Below are positions 18,557-29,285 of a stretch of 64,000 bases of DNA, one piece after another (within the stretch, counting starts at the first letter, position 1; every line of letters begins with the position of its first letter). The notes below the pieces were generated by a model. It was not told the origin of the DNA and did not search any database. It saw only the letters and a program-made list of their open reading frames with translations. Where the stretch lies: IMG/VR virus record IMGVR_UViG_3300033153_008341; one strand, written 5' to 3'. This stretch comes from a virus. The position numbers and the translations under genes were made by a program.

Positions 18557-18940
18557 ATGATTGTCTTAATTTCAATCTGTATCCTTTGTGAAATTGCGCA
18601 ACTCCTATCCTTCTCACAACTTTCGGCCGCTTGGCATGGATACTACCAAATAAAAGACGCTGACCTTGATACGCGAACATCTTTTGTTGTATCAATGCCA
18701 ATTACGTTCCTCTGGGCCATACTTATTGCTATTGTTTACTGGGTGATGTTTGCCTTGGTGTTGTTATTTGGCCTAATTTCCTTCCAATTATATGCACTCT
18801 TAGGAGTCTTAGCTGTCTTTATGATTAGCTTAGCGAAGTTCAAAACATATAAGAAATCACTAAAAACCTTTCGCATCTTTTATGTACTCGATTCATTAGT
18901 TTGTGTCGCTATTTGGGTGTTGATAAGGTATACACTATAA
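18557..18940 (+). CDS. integral membrane protein (127 aa, about 4 TM)
   Basis: Four hydrophobic stretches. Confidence 0.5.
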   Translation: MIVLISICILCEIAQLLSFSQLSAAWHGYYQIKDADLDTRTSFVVSMPITFLWAILIAIVYWVMFALVLLFGLISFQLYALLGVLAVFMISLAKFKTYKKSLKTFRIFYVLDSLVCVAIWVLIRYTL

Positions 18941-19358
18941 TAAGGAGTTGACATGAAATTAATAAATGGGAACAAATATGACGTAAATGACGTATTAAAG
19001 GGGAGTCAGTGTATTTGCGGAGCTGATTTGGATTTTCAAATTTTTCCAGACGCCAACTGCATAGACTGGGTTGCAGAGTGTGGGTGTGGTAGAACAATAT
19101 CCTTGAACCAAAGTACAATTTTAGAATGTGACATAGATGAAAATGGAATTGCAACAATGAACCTTGATAATGAATCTCAAACAAACCAAAAGGAACCAGA
19201 ATGAATTGGCAAGAAAAACTAAAAACAGAGGGGCTAAAGGCTCGCCACCTGAGGTGCAATGGTCAACTGGTTGCCTCGGTAATCTACGATGCCGAGGGTA
19301 ATGATGGCAGCTTTACATACGCAGATGATGAAGCGGGAGCCAAGTATGTCAGGTTTAG

Positions 19359-19745
19359 ATGGGTCGTCAAATCGCTTATGACCGGTACTGTGCAGCCAAA
19401 GTGAAAATCCAAGAGTATAAGGAAACGAAGGAAGAAAATCTACATCCATACCATTACATAGGGGGAGATGTAGATCGAATCCATGGTATTACGGTCGATT
19501 TTTCCACTTATGGAGAGATGCCCTTGAGCGCAATGTACGAATTGTTCGCTACTTTCAGAGATTACAACGAAAGACAGATCAAAAAACTCCGCGATAAGAT
19601 CTTCCATGATTTGGAAATTTTGCAACAAAGACTGGGGAAATATGGAGTCAAGAAGGAAGAAATTGAGAAACATGGGTGGGTATATGTTTTGTTGGGTTCG
19701 ATAGACAACGAAGTGGAAAAAATTACCGAAGAAGCCCATAAGTGA
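19359..19745 (+). CDS. hypothetical protein (128 aa)
   Basis: ORF; no motif. Confidence 0.4.
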   Translation: MGRQIAYDRYCAAKVKIQEYKETKEENLHPYHYIGGDVDRIHGITVDFSTYGEMPLSAMYELFATFRDYNERQIKKLRDKIFHDLEILQQRLGKYGVKKEEIEKHGWVYVLLGSIDNEVEKITEEAHK

Positions 19746-19784
19746 CAGTGTTGACTACGGTTAGTTTAACCGGAAGGTGGAACA

Positions 19785-20204
19785 ATGACTGAAGATAAAT
19801 ATTTACTACTTGAAAAAGCCAAAAACCTACTCCCTATGGATGAGACACATGAGCATTACTATACCTTTCTGTTTATCGCCTTAAGGATGGTAGGTTGTTC
19901 CATCACCACTTCAGTCCAAGTTATCCAAGCAGAGTCCCGTGAAGCTGAGGTCGTGGTGTGTTATCATGACCTCTATAAGGATCTAAACACTTATGGAATA
20001 TTGATGCAAGAAGGTGGTAAAAGACCAAACCTAATCAGTGAAAGTGATTTAGAAAAAATGGAGACTGAATCGGGACAGCCTAAAAATAACTTCGGACAAA
20101 TGGTGTGGATTGAAACAATAACTAGGGTGCCTAAGTCAAGTGAAGAATTTGCAAGGGAAATCAAACGGATTAAGGCAGAGCTGGTAAACCCAGCTGGTGG
20201 ATAA
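19785..20204 (+). CDS. hypothetical protein (139 aa)
   Basis: ORF; no motif. Confidence 0.45.
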   Translation: MTEDKYLLLEKAKNLLPMDETHEHYYTFLFIALRMVGCSITTSVQVIQAESREAEVVVCYHDLYKDLNTYGILMQEGGKRPNLISESDLEKMETESGQPKNNFGQMVWIETITRVPKSSEEFAREIKRIKAELVNPAGG

Positions 20205-20469
20205 TGTGAGGCCAAACGTTAAGTACGGACAAGGGCAACTTGAGGAACTACTTAATGAGCTTCTTACGGGGGAAACGTTAGGGATAAACTGTACACTATT
20301 AAAGAAATATCCTACTTTTCTTTTATTCATTTTTTGCCTTTCCTTCGAAGTAGAGTTTAAGTATTGGAATAATTATAACCCCGGCGATGTTGATGGGGGG
20401 AGTCCAGGACGTAAAGTTTTGAAAATACTGTTTGAAAAACATCTTAACCTAAAGGAACCTTCGAAATGA
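20197..20469 (+). CDS. small protein, possible paralog family member (LLKKYPTFLLFIFCLSFEVE)
   Basis: YPTFLLFIFCL hydrophobic core. Confidence 0.35.
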   Translation: MDNVRPNVKYGQGQLEELLNELLTGETLGINCTLLKKYPTFLLFIFCLSFEVEFKYWNNYNPGDVDGGSPGRKVLKILFEKHLNLKEPSK

Positions 20470-21005
20470 CCTTCAAAGACGTAACTGAAATTTTAGAAGA
20501 GCGGGAAATGACAGAAGATGAAATCAAAGAATGCACCGTTCTTATCAAAGCGAATATTGAAGAAGGGATGAAAACTATCAGAGCATTGTCTCATGAGGCC
20601 TACAGCAGGGCCCAAAGTTTGATTCTGAATATGTCGGATGATGAAAATTTGTTCTACTTAATGATGCAACAAATGGGTTACTCAAAAACTGTTGTTGATA
20701 GAGACCTTGCTGCAATACAAAAAGTGGTAGAAGAGCTTGAAGCAGATAGGAAAACTGAGGTTACTGATGGGGAATGATGATGGTACTATAACAGTATCTG
20801 AACTTATCCAAGATCTTTTGGATCAACCTAATACGGGTGGAGATGAAATAATTACATTTAGATATCCAGTATTGATGCTCTTTTTAATGTATTTTGGAGA
20901 GTACCAATATTTGTTGGGGATAAAAGGGGTTGACACATCAGAGAGTTTGAAAATGTTAGAAAGAACATTTGATGCTGTTTACGAACAAGCACAAAAGGAG
21001 AGTAA

Positions 21006-21560
21006 ATGTATTTAGTAAAGTTGACACGGGATGGAACTGATCTTTGCAATAAGGTTTGCAGGAGTTTGATTGCGTTTTATGTAGATCACACTTTGGAAAT
21101 TGCAACGAGTATTATTAGGGTTCCAAATCAAGAAGAGTTTTTCAACATGAGGCCGTTGTTAAAAAAGGCTGAAGAACTGGCATTTGAAAGAGTAAATGTG
21201 ACAGTTAAAGAAGAACCGGAGGAAGGGGTGATTTGTTGGAGTTTATCAGAACCTCAAAACGTCCAAGTTTTAGAAACTGATATGTATCTCTCCATCAAGC
21301 AAGACAACCAAGATTTGATTAAGTTGAGAGAGGCTAACATCGTTCTACTCTTGGGGGTTGAAAGAGTTGCACCTAATGAGATTTTGCCATTCATATTGAT
21401 GGCAGGTGCTAAAAATTACCAAGATTATGCCTACATCTATGGCTTTGCTAATCGTTTGATCACTCAGCATGGTGACAAGCTCTCCAATATGGATATGGAT
21501 ATGATTGAAGAGCGTGACCAAAAGAGTGCAACAGATATTCTAGAGGAGTTAAACGAATAA
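21006..21560 (+). CDS. hypothetical protein (184 aa)
   Basis: ORF; no motif. Confidence 0.45.
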   Translation: MYLVKLTRDGTDLCNKVCRSLIAFYVDHTLEIATSIIRVPNQEEFFNMRPLLKKAEELAFERVNVTVKEEPEEGVICWSLSEPQNVQVLETDMYLSIKQDNQDLIKLREANIVLLLGVERVAPNEILPFILMAGAKNYQDYAYIYGFANRLITQHGDKLSNMDMDMIEERDQKSATDILEELNE

Positions 21561-21675
21561 TGTTTGGACCCAACGAAGATAAGATGACAAGTTCTTTGTT
21601 AAGGATTCGTTTTTATACGATGCTCTTAACTCTCGTAACCAATCAGGAAATCACCGAAACTAAAAAGGAGTAATC

Positions 21676-21996
21676 ATGCAGTTCAAAGAAGGTGAGATAA
21701 CTGTTTCCACCCCAGGTGCTGATCATCCTGAGCATACAAAGCTGTTCGTTTCAGTCTTGACACGGATGCTGAATAAAGGAATTGATAATCCGGCATTTCA
21801 GCTTCATGCTTTGTCCTTGCTTTGTACTGGTAAATCGTTCATAGAACTGATTACCAAAAACAACGCTGATTCAGAGCAATTGGTGGAAGCTGCAAAAACT
21901 ATGGCAGAGGGTTTGCTAGATGTAATTGTTCAAACTGGGGATATGTCAGGTACCACTATTGATGACATTTTGGACAACTTAGGTAGGAGAAACTAA
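21676..21996 (+). CDS. hypothetical protein (106 aa)
   Basis: ORF with AAGGAG SD site. Confidence 0.5.
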   Translation: MQFKEGEITVSTPGADHPEHTKLFVSVLTRMLNKGIDNPAFQLHALSLLCTGKSFIELITKNNADSEQLVEAAKTMAEGLLDVIVQTGDMSGTTIDDILDNLGRRN

Positions 21997-23009
21997 TGTT
22001 ATTGGATAAACAAGGAAACCCTCTCCCTCCTCTCCCCCCAGCTATTAAGAAGAAAAATCTGACATTTCAGATGTTTCTTATAGTGTTTGCGGAACTCATG
22101 CGAAGAATGCGATATCAGTATTACCACCGCTCTGCCTCAACCAAATGGTTAAACCCCACTATTGTAAGGAGTGGAATAAAATTTGACCCTATTCTCTTAT
22201 CATTGAGACTTAACAATACCCCACATCGACCCAAGAGTTATTTCACAGCTTGGAATATATTCAGATGGGAAATTAAAAGTGCGTTGGAGAAGCGTGTTAT
22301 CACTGAACAAACCTTAGGATTGATTGTTAAATGTTTCCCTGGAAGGTTGGAATGGGAAAATATGCAAGCAATGGGAGCAAACCCCTCTGCAGAAATAGTA
22401 AAGAAGATTACCTTGGAAACTGGGGATATTGATTTTTATACCCAGAGCATGAGTCGCTACTACAATAATACCACTTCGACTATTACATCACTTACAGATG
22501 TAAATACTGTTCTTGACAAACTTGTAGAAAGTGGGCAAAAAGTTACAGGATTTTCCGCAGGCGGCCTTAAAAGAATGATAGAGGGCATAAAATCAGAGAT
22601 TCAAACATCAAAAAATCTTGACTCTTATGTAAAGCTGTATAACAAACTTAAAACAGTGAAAGGGTATACGACATCAACAAGAGCTTTATTGATAGTTTAC
22701 TTAATTAAATATAGTTCCGATCCCGATAAAATAAACAAATTGAAAATTTTATTGAAGAAGGAAAAATCAAAACGAGTATGGACAGATTTTAAGGAGCATG
22801 TATTGAATGACATATTTGAAGTGTCATACCAGTACAGTTACAAAGCTTCAGGGTATATTGGAAGCTTTAAGAAAGGAAAGAAAGGAGAATTAGAGAAATT
22901 CCTGAAAGAAGTTGAATCAACACCCCAGTTGCAATACTACTGGAAACAAACAAAGCTAAAAAAGACAAAAGAAATGCTTGAAAAAGATCAGTTGAAAGAA
23001 AAGGAATAA
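21996..23009 (+). CDS. hypothetical Lys-rich protein (337 aa), upstream partner of the MoxR/VWA pair
   Basis: Its start overlaps the previous stop (TAATG). Translationally adjacent to the MoxR gene (4-nt gap). Confidence 0.5.
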   Translation: MLLDKQGNPLPPLPPAIKKKNLTFQMFLIVFAELMRRMRYQYYHRSASTKWLNPTIVRSGIKFDPILLSLRLNNTPHRPKSYFTAWNIFRWEIKSALEKRVITEQTLGLIVKCFPGRLEWENMQAMGANPSAEIVKKITLETGDIDFYTQSMSRYYNNTTSTITSLTDVNTVLDKLVESGQKVTGFSAGGLKRMIEGIKSEIQTSKNLDSYVKLYNKLKTVKGYTTSTRALLIVYLIKYSSDPDKINKLKILLKKEKSKRVWTDFKEHVLNDIFEVSYQYSYKASGYIGSFKKGKKGELEKFLKEVESTPQLQYYWKQTKLKKTKEMLEKDQLKEKE

Positions 23010-23012
23010 AAC

Positions 23013-24311
23013 ATGCACTTGATTCAGATGCCACGTTTTATTGAAATCTGTTATGAAGCACGCCGCGTCCCGTTTGTCTGGGGACCAAAAGGTGTAGGAA
23101 AATCAGACGGTGTTCGACAAGCTGTTGAAGCACTTGGTAACAAAATGAATGTCCCGTTCGGTTTGGTTGATCTCCGTCTTGGTTGTATGGAAGTCGGTGA
23201 TTTGATTGGAATTCCGAGAACAAGGGAAGTGTCCAAAGGATTGTGGAGAACTGTTTATGCCGTTCCCGATTGGTTCCCTATTCCCGGACAATTGGACGCT
23301 AACGGTGTCCTCGTCCCTGAACATGGCTTGGTTTTTTTGGACGAGTTTAACAGGGCAGGCACAAACGATGTCATCCAAGCTATGTTTCAATTTATCTTGG
23401 GTGAGAAGGTAATTTACACAGATGACAAGGGGAAGGTATGCAAAAGGATAGACAGATACCTTCACACACACAAACTCCCTAAGGGTTGGAGTGTAGCCTG
23501 TGCTGGAAACCCCGACACCTCTGACTATGTGGTTCAAGCTTTGGATACGTCCATGTTGGATCGCTTAATTCAGGTGGTTGTTGACGTGGAGAAGAAGGTT
23601 TCGGTCCATTGGATGCAGAACAACTTGGAAAATGATGAAATTTGGAAGTTTGTGAAAGCTACCAGAGAGGCTCTTGGGAAGCCCGAAGATTGTAGGATCA
23701 ACGTTCAGCCCTCGTCTCGTTCATATGAATTTGTGGACGATATGTTGAAATGTATGAGCGAAGATGATTTTGATAACTTCGGACTGGAAGTTTTGATTGG
23801 TATCGTTGGTGAAACCGTCGGTACTTTGCTGTATAAGCATCTGAAATCCACACTCTTGAAGCCGTTGACTGCCAAGGAAGTTATGAATTGCAAGGACTTT
23901 GATAAGTTTATCAAAGAAAAGATTACCCAGTACATCAGCAAAGCCAAGAATCATTTGGAGTTGATCGACGTGACCTTGGATGACATTCTGAAGGAAGTCA
24001 AGGAAAAAGAGCCGACCGAAGCTCAGTCTTTGAACATTACCTTGTTTACAGAATTGATTCCGGCCGATATGGCGTTAAAATTCATGCAAGAAGGTGCTGC
24101 GATGGAGAATTTCATCAACGTGATCTTGACGCTGATGAACCAAGAGCGTAATGCCTTCACCTTGGAAATGATTAAGGCCATGGGTTATGAAGAAGGGGTG
24201 ATCAAAGAAAACTTGGAGAAGTTGGACAAGATCGTGAAAGAGTATGAAGAACAGATGTCAACAACGAAAGCCGCAAAGAAAACAACGACAACGAAGAAGA
24301 AAGCTAAGTAA
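23013..24311 (+). CDS. MoxR-family AAA+ ATPase
   Basis: Walker A GPKGVGKS, Walker B LVFLDEFNRA, and the MoxR-type arrangement ...VPFGLVDL...EVGDLIGIP. Lys/Thr-rich C-terminal tail. Confidence 0.75.
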   Translation: MHLIQMPRFIEICYEARRVPFVWGPKGVGKSDGVRQAVEALGNKMNVPFGLVDLRLGCMEVGDLIGIPRTREVSKGLWRTVYAVPDWFPIPGQLDANGVLVPEHGLVFLDEFNRAGTNDVIQAMFQFILGEKVIYTDDKGKVCKRIDRYLHTHKLPKGWSVACAGNPDTSDYVVQALDTSMLDRLIQVVVDVEKKVSVHWMQNNLENDEIWKFVKATREALGKPEDCRINVQPSSRSYEFVDDMLKCMSEDDFDNFGLEVLIGIVGETVGTLLYKHLKSTLLKPLTAKEVMNCKDFDKFIKEKITQYISKAKNHLELIDVTLDDILKEVKEKEPTEAQSLNITLFTELIPADMALKFMQEGAAMENFINVILTLMNQERNAFTLEMIKAMGYEEGVIKENLEKLDKIVKEYEEQMSTTKAAKKTTTTKKKAK

Positions 24312-24607
24312 GGAAGAAAGGCAATATCGAAGAAACAAACGAAGAACCTGTGACAAAAAGTAGAAGCGTATGAAAAAGTTGAATAGTGCTGTTGACAATC
24401 TGATATCCCCTGTTCCAAATTTTGATTTTAACAACGCAAGTAACTCGATATTTTTTGAAGAATTTTCAATTACCTTCTTTGAACACTATGGATACGTCAA
24501 TAATCCTCTACCAGTACTTTGGATTGTTTCAATTTACTGTTATACTCTTGACGCCAAGTCGTGGCATTATTTTTTGAAAATAATTCAACAAAATAAGGAA
24601 AAAAAGA

Positions 24608-25858
24608 ATGACAAAAAAAGAGGATGAAAATAAAAACATCCGTGATGAAATGAAAGAGATCTTCAAGGATAATTTTTACGAAGCTCGCAAAATGTTACTC
24701 CACGAAGATCCTTTCTACGCTCATATGTTGTACCAGTGTGGGATAGAAATGACAGAAGAAGTCAAGACTATCTCTATCCGGGAAGAAGATGGTACTGTGT
24801 ATCTCATATACTCAGAGAATTGGGTCAATAGTTTGAACATCGACCAAGTGGTTGAAGCAATTAAGCATGTTCTCAATCATTTAATCTATGGGCATTTGAC
24901 CAGTGAGATGTTTAAGGCCAAAGATGGTGACACAAAGATGGATATTGCAGAGGATTTGGCTATCAATACCTCACTCGACCAGTCCTTGTTGCCGGACGGG
25001 TTTAAGAAACCCACTGATTACAAGTTACCAGAAGATAAATCCACCTATGATTACTACAACAAGCTTCCTGATGATTGCTGCCCCAAAAAAGGAAAGCAAC
25101 AAGGCAAAGGTGGTGGCGAAGGTGAAGGTGAAGGGGAAAGTGAGTATGGTGAAAAACCAGGTGACAATCACGGACATATGAAATCTACGGTTAGTAAGTC
25201 TCAAATGCAAAAACAAGTTAAGCAAATGGTTCAACAGGCTCACAAAAAAGCAGGCGGGAGACCACCTTCAAACTGTGGGCAAGGGATGAAAAAGTTGATG
25301 GCTATACTGCTTATGCCAGCAGAGGTACCATGGAATGCTATTCTCCGAAACTTTGTGTCCTTTTCAAGCAAAGTAAAAAGAGAAAACACATGGAAGAGAC
25401 CAAATCGCAGATTTGGTGAGGAATTTCAAGGGAGAAGGAAGGTACAGACCCTCAAAATTATGGTTTGTATTGATGAGTCCGGTTCAGTAGCTGACAACGA
25501 GTGGAAACAGTTCATCGCTGAAATTGATGGTATTCACAAGACTAAGCTGGCTACTATTACTATCGTAAAGTTTACCGCTGGGGTTGAAAAGGTGTTTGAA
25601 TATAAAAACATCCAAGAGGTTATGAAAGAACGCTTTTACGGTGGAACTTGTTTCCAACCTTGTCTGGACTTAGCAGCAACAGAGAAGCCGGACTGTGTTG
25701 TTTTCTTAACCGATGGTTACAACGCAGAGTATGATGACTTGAAGTATACAAGGTTCGGAACTGTTCTATTTTGTCTTACCCCCAGTGGTAGAGAAAATAA
25801 GAACGGAAGAAACCTCTTTATCAAAAAAATTAACAAAGAGGAAGACATGTTTTGGTAA
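24608..25858 (+). CDS. von Willebrand factor A (VWA) domain protein with N-terminal DUF2201-like region; MoxR partner
   Basis: MIDAS motif IMVCIDESGSV (DxSxS), then ...TITIVKFTAG... and VVFLTDGYN. Gly/Glu-rich linker. Located directly after the MoxR ATPase. Confidence 0.7.
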   Translation: MTKKEDENKNIRDEMKEIFKDNFYEARKMLLHEDPFYAHMLYQCGIEMTEEVKTISIREEDGTVYLIYSENWVNSLNIDQVVEAIKHVLNHLIYGHLTSEMFKAKDGDTKMDIAEDLAINTSLDQSLLPDGFKKPTDYKLPEDKSTYDYYNKLPDDCCPKKGKQQGKGGGEGEGEGESEYGEKPGDNHGHMKSTVSKSQMQKQVKQMVQQAHKKAGGRPPSNCGQGMKKLMAILLMPAEVPWNAILRNFVSFSSKVKRENTWKRPNRRFGEEFQGRRKVQTLKIMVCIDESGSVADNEWKQFIAEIDGIHKTKLATITIVKFTAGVEKVFEYKNIQEVMKERFYGGTCFQPCLDLAATEKPDCVVFLTDGYNAEYDDLKYTRFGTVLFCLTPSGRENKNGRNLFIKKINKEEDMFW

Positions 25859-26123
25859 AGGCTAATTGGGTCGTCGTTTGGTCATCCGCTGATGTAAAAG
25901 TAAAGGACAGGAAGGATTATCTTAAGTACCAAGATCCTGAAACCACTGGTGGAACACCAAGTGCTTATCTTCGATTGTGCGATATATACTTTCAAAATAG
26001 ATTATTTCTATTCTTCTGCACTATCTTAGGTGTGTTTACTATAGATTATAACGAAAATAAAGAATTTGGTGTTCCAGCGGATGAGTGTTTGGAAATTGAA
26101 GAACTGATGGAAAGAAAATTAGG

Positions 26124-26369
26124 ATGAACCATTTTTATAAACTTCCTTGGTCTTTGAGTAGTAAGATTGAAGCAAGCCAATTCCTACAATTAGGGGTAGT
26201 ACGTCAAGAAGTACACACACAGTATATAGGACCATTTATATATGCAACTTTAGGGGTTCCCTTATCGTTTGTATTATTCACTACATTACTGGAGATATAT
26301 GATATCTCTGATGCTGGGCAATGGGACGTTGATAATAAGATAGAAGACATGAAAGGAAAATTATGCTAA
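26124..26369 (+). CDS. small protein, sub-paralog pair with 26704..26994 (GPFIYATLGVPLSFVLFTTLLEIYDI)
   Basis: GPFIYATLGVPLSFVLFTTLLEIYDI compared with GPFMWFVVFQNYSVNGLLFVTLLKVFDIYY. Confidence 0.45.
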   Translation: MNHFYKLPWSLSSKIEASQFLQLGVVRQEVHTQYIGPFIYATLGVPLSFVLFTTLLEIYDISDAGQWDVDNKIEDMKGKLC

Positions 26370-26703
26370 GATACGCAAATGGGGATGAAATTTTAGATGG
26401 AGACCTGTGCACTACAGTACATCGAGCAACCTTTGTTCGATTATACTTTGTAGTCTCAGATGGGGTTACTCTGAGGTTGAGAGAGTTACTTTCAACCAGG
26501 CTGAGGGAGATAAAACCAAAAGACTTTGTAGAACTCAAAAGCGGTAAAGGAAAGAAGCACGACAACCTCAATCTAATTATGAGAAAGGATAATTGGACGC
26601 TAATTCTAAACAAGTTGGCGGAGAAGGCTAACAAGATTGATTTAGATAAAGATTTCTCACTGCCCGATAACATCTTGGAAGCCTGGACACGGACAAATAA
26701 AAG

Positions 26704-26994
26704 ATGAAAGAATTTTTTATAGACATTGATGAAGAGGGTTTATCAGACACTCCTAATATTACTCATCCACCTTCTGGCGGACAACTTCACGGACCCTTTA
26801 TGTGGTTTGTTGTGTTTCAAAACTATTCCGTAAATGGTTTACTTTTTGTAACACTGTTGAAAGTATTTGATATATACTACCATGGAAATATATACTTGGA
26901 AGATATATTGAAAGAGAAACGCAAGTGGAAAAGACCTAAACAAGTACCTAAAAATCTACGCTTATCTACTTTCCCCTTTAAGGACAGATGTTAG
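26704..26994 (+). CDS. small protein, sub-paralog pair with 26124..26369
   Basis: Shared GPF.....hydrophobic..LL..(F/Y)DIY core. Confidence 0.45.
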   Translation: MKEFFIDIDEEGLSDTPNITHPPSGGQLHGPFMWFVVFQNYSVNGLLFVTLLKVFDIYYHGNIYLEDILKEKRKWKRPKQVPKNLRLSTFPFKDRC

Positions 26995-28223
26995 AAGTAT
27001 TAGTCCTGTTTTTCATAGCTGTTGCCGCTGTATATCTTTGTAGTTGGATGGCGGTACACCCTATCCTTTGGACGAAAGATGAAAGAGAAGCGTGGAAAAA
27101 TGCCCAACAAGAGGTAACAGAGGAGTTGGAGCGTAAAGATAGTGGTGAAGAAGTGAGGTCAGTTGATGAAACTCTTACCGCTAAATTAACTGAAACATAT
27201 TTAACCCTGGATAATTACGTTGGGCAAGCATTAAGAATTGAATATTTGAAGGGACACATTAAGAAAGCCCAAACGGATGGTGCACCCTTACCTCATATTG
27301 TTCTCTGGGGTAGTGGTGGACTTGGTAAATCTACTCTTGTGAAGGCTGTTGCACAATATATGGGTGGAAGATTTATTGAATTAGTACCAGCAAATCTCAA
27401 GAGTACACAAGAATTATTCAACATCTTTTTCAAAAAGGTTTGTCCTTCATGTGAATTTATGAATCCATATAGCACTACAAGATGTTTATCATGTAAAGAG
27501 AATGTATCGGTTTACTTCACTCCCAAGGTTCAATTGATGAATGGGGATATAATTTTCTTGGAAGAGTGTCACGCCCTCAAGGATGATGTAGAGGAAGCTA
27601 TGTATTCTTTATTACAAGATGGTTATATGCAGTTAAGATTCAATGGAGTAGATCAGAGGGTAGAGTTTCCCAGGATAACTATTGCTGGAGCTACTACAAA
27701 ATTAGGGGATTTGAATAAACCTTTCAGGGATAGGTTCAAATTGAACATAAAACTTGAACCTTACTCGACCGAAGAAATCAGCTACATTACAAAGATATAT
27801 GGAGAACACAAAGGACTATCTTTCTCAGCTCAGGCCTTAGAAATGTTGTCCAAAATCAGTCATGGTGTACCCCGAATAGCTAAAAAATATGTGGATGATA
27901 CTTCAACACTATCAAGCCATATCACAGGGGTAGAAATCAAACAAATTATGGCTTTGTTAAGAGTAGATGTCAATGGATTAGACGTAGATCACCACAAAAT
28001 AATGAGCTACATCTTAACACGAATGAAGGCAGTGAAAAATGGTGGGGCTGGTGCTGCTGCCATAGCTTCTGCTGTTGCTATCCCAAAGACTGTTTATGAA
28101 GAAGTATATGAACCCCCCTTACTCTACCAAGAATTAGTGTTTCAAGGTAGTAAGGGTCGAAGGCTTACTGAAAAGGCTTTGAAGATGTATTACCCCAAAG
28201 ATATTAAAGACGTTAAAGAATGA
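26988..28223 (+). CDS. RuvB-like AAA+ ATPase with N-terminal TM helix and inserted C4 zinc ribbon
   Basis: Collinear with RuvB. YVGQ...LPHIVLWGSGGLGKSTL is Walker A. IIFLEECH is Walker B. ITIAGATT is sensor 1. PFRDRF is the Arg finger. GVPRIAKKYV matches RuvB GTPRIANRLL. Differences from RuvB are a CPSC...CLSC zinc ribbon inserted between Walker A and B and a hydrophobic N-terminus LVLFFIAVAAVYLCSWMAV. Confidence 0.7.
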   Translation: MLEVLVLFFIAVAAVYLCSWMAVHPILWTKDEREAWKNAQQEVTEELERKDSGEEVRSVDETLTAKLTETYLTLDNYVGQALRIEYLKGHIKKAQTDGAPLPHIVLWGSGGLGKSTLVKAVAQYMGGRFIELVPANLKSTQELFNIFFKKVCPSCEFMNPYSTTRCLSCKENVSVYFTPKVQLMNGDIIFLEECHALKDDVEEAMYSLLQDGYMQLRFNGVDQRVEFPRITIAGATTKLGDLNKPFRDRFKLNIKLEPYSTEEISYITKIYGEHKGLSFSAQALEMLSKISHGVPRIAKKYVDDTSTLSSHITGVEIKQIMALLRVDVNGLDVDHHKIMSYILTRMKAVKNGGAGAAAIASAVAIPKTVYEEVYEPPLLYQELVFQGSKGRRLTEKALKMYYPKDIKDVKE

Positions 28224-28420
28224 GCGAAGTTCCCTTACATTTACTTGATAAAGAAGGGCGTCTTGTAATTTGGGGGGCAAATCCAAGGCTATTTTGGCCT
28301 TGTTTAGTATCGAACTCTACTTTTTTACTGTTTCTATATGCGGTGAGAAGAGTAAAAGCTAATTTTTATACTGATACATTATTCAAAATGATTAGTAACA
28401 AGGTAAAATTCAATGCGTAA
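28220..28420 (+). CDS. small protein, paralog family (LVIWGANPRLFWPCLVSNSTFLLFLYAV)
   Basis: W..NPRLFW.......FLLFLY core. Confidence 0.45.
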   Translation: MSEVPLHLLDKEGRLVIWGANPRLFWPCLVSNSTFLLFLYAVRRVKANFYTDTLFKMISNKVKFNA

Positions 28421-28940
28421 AAATTACTATAAATGAAAAGTTCAAACAAAATTACAACAATGCATCCCAGTATACCAAAATATTATAATAAGTTACTTGT
28501 TATCTTGGGTGTAGCTAATGTGTTTAGTGATAGAGAAGTTTATGTTATGGGTCAATCAATGTTTGTACTCTTTGTAGTGGGACTTGAAAACTGTAGTGGA
28601 AGAACACCAGGTCTTTATGTTAGAGCAATGAACAAAGGCTGGAAAATAAAACAAGGAGAAGTACAATGCTAAGGATTAACAGGACAAAAGCTGTCTACAA
28701 AATACTGAACAGTGAAGGTAGAATGTTCAGTGTGTCATGGAAAACTCAGGGTGGGAAAGAAAGAAAACTAAATGGTAAGTTGCCAAAAGTTACAAACAAA
28801 AGAAAAAATCAAGACAAGATTTTTGGTTATCTCACCTTGTTTGATGTCCACACTAAGACGCACAAACGAGTTAACACGAGAACTATACGAGAGCTATCAA
28901 TAGGAAAGCAAACCTTTCATGTTCGATAAAGAGATGATGA

Positions 28941-29285
28941 ATGAAAACTTATTACAAAATAGTAGATATGATCAATGGAAATATGAAGTTCCTCTATCAT
29001 GGATTGAACGGAAGCCTAACAATCCCTTTAAGAGGTTGGATAATGGCAGAGAAACGGGAGGTAACAGATGGAAGTTGTAGTACAAGATACGTTTCAGGCT
29101 TTCATGTGTTCAAAACCAAAGAAGAAGCTGATAAGTATTTAGGAAGATTCAGAAAGTTAAAAACTAAATTGGTTGTTGCTGTTCATTGTAGGGGAATAAG
29201 GAAGAAAGAACATAGTAATGCCCCTGTATTTCTAGCTGATAAGATTAAGTTAATATGGAACGTTAGGTTTAATGACAATAATTAA
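28941..29285 (+). CDS. hypothetical protein (114 aa)
   Basis: ORF; no motif. Confidence 0.4.
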   Translation: MKTYYKIVDMINGNMKFLYHGLNGSLTIPLRGWIMAEKREVTDGSCSTRYVSGFHVFKTKEEADKYLGRFRKLKTKLVVAVHCRGIRKKEHSNAPVFLADKIKLIWNVRFNDNN

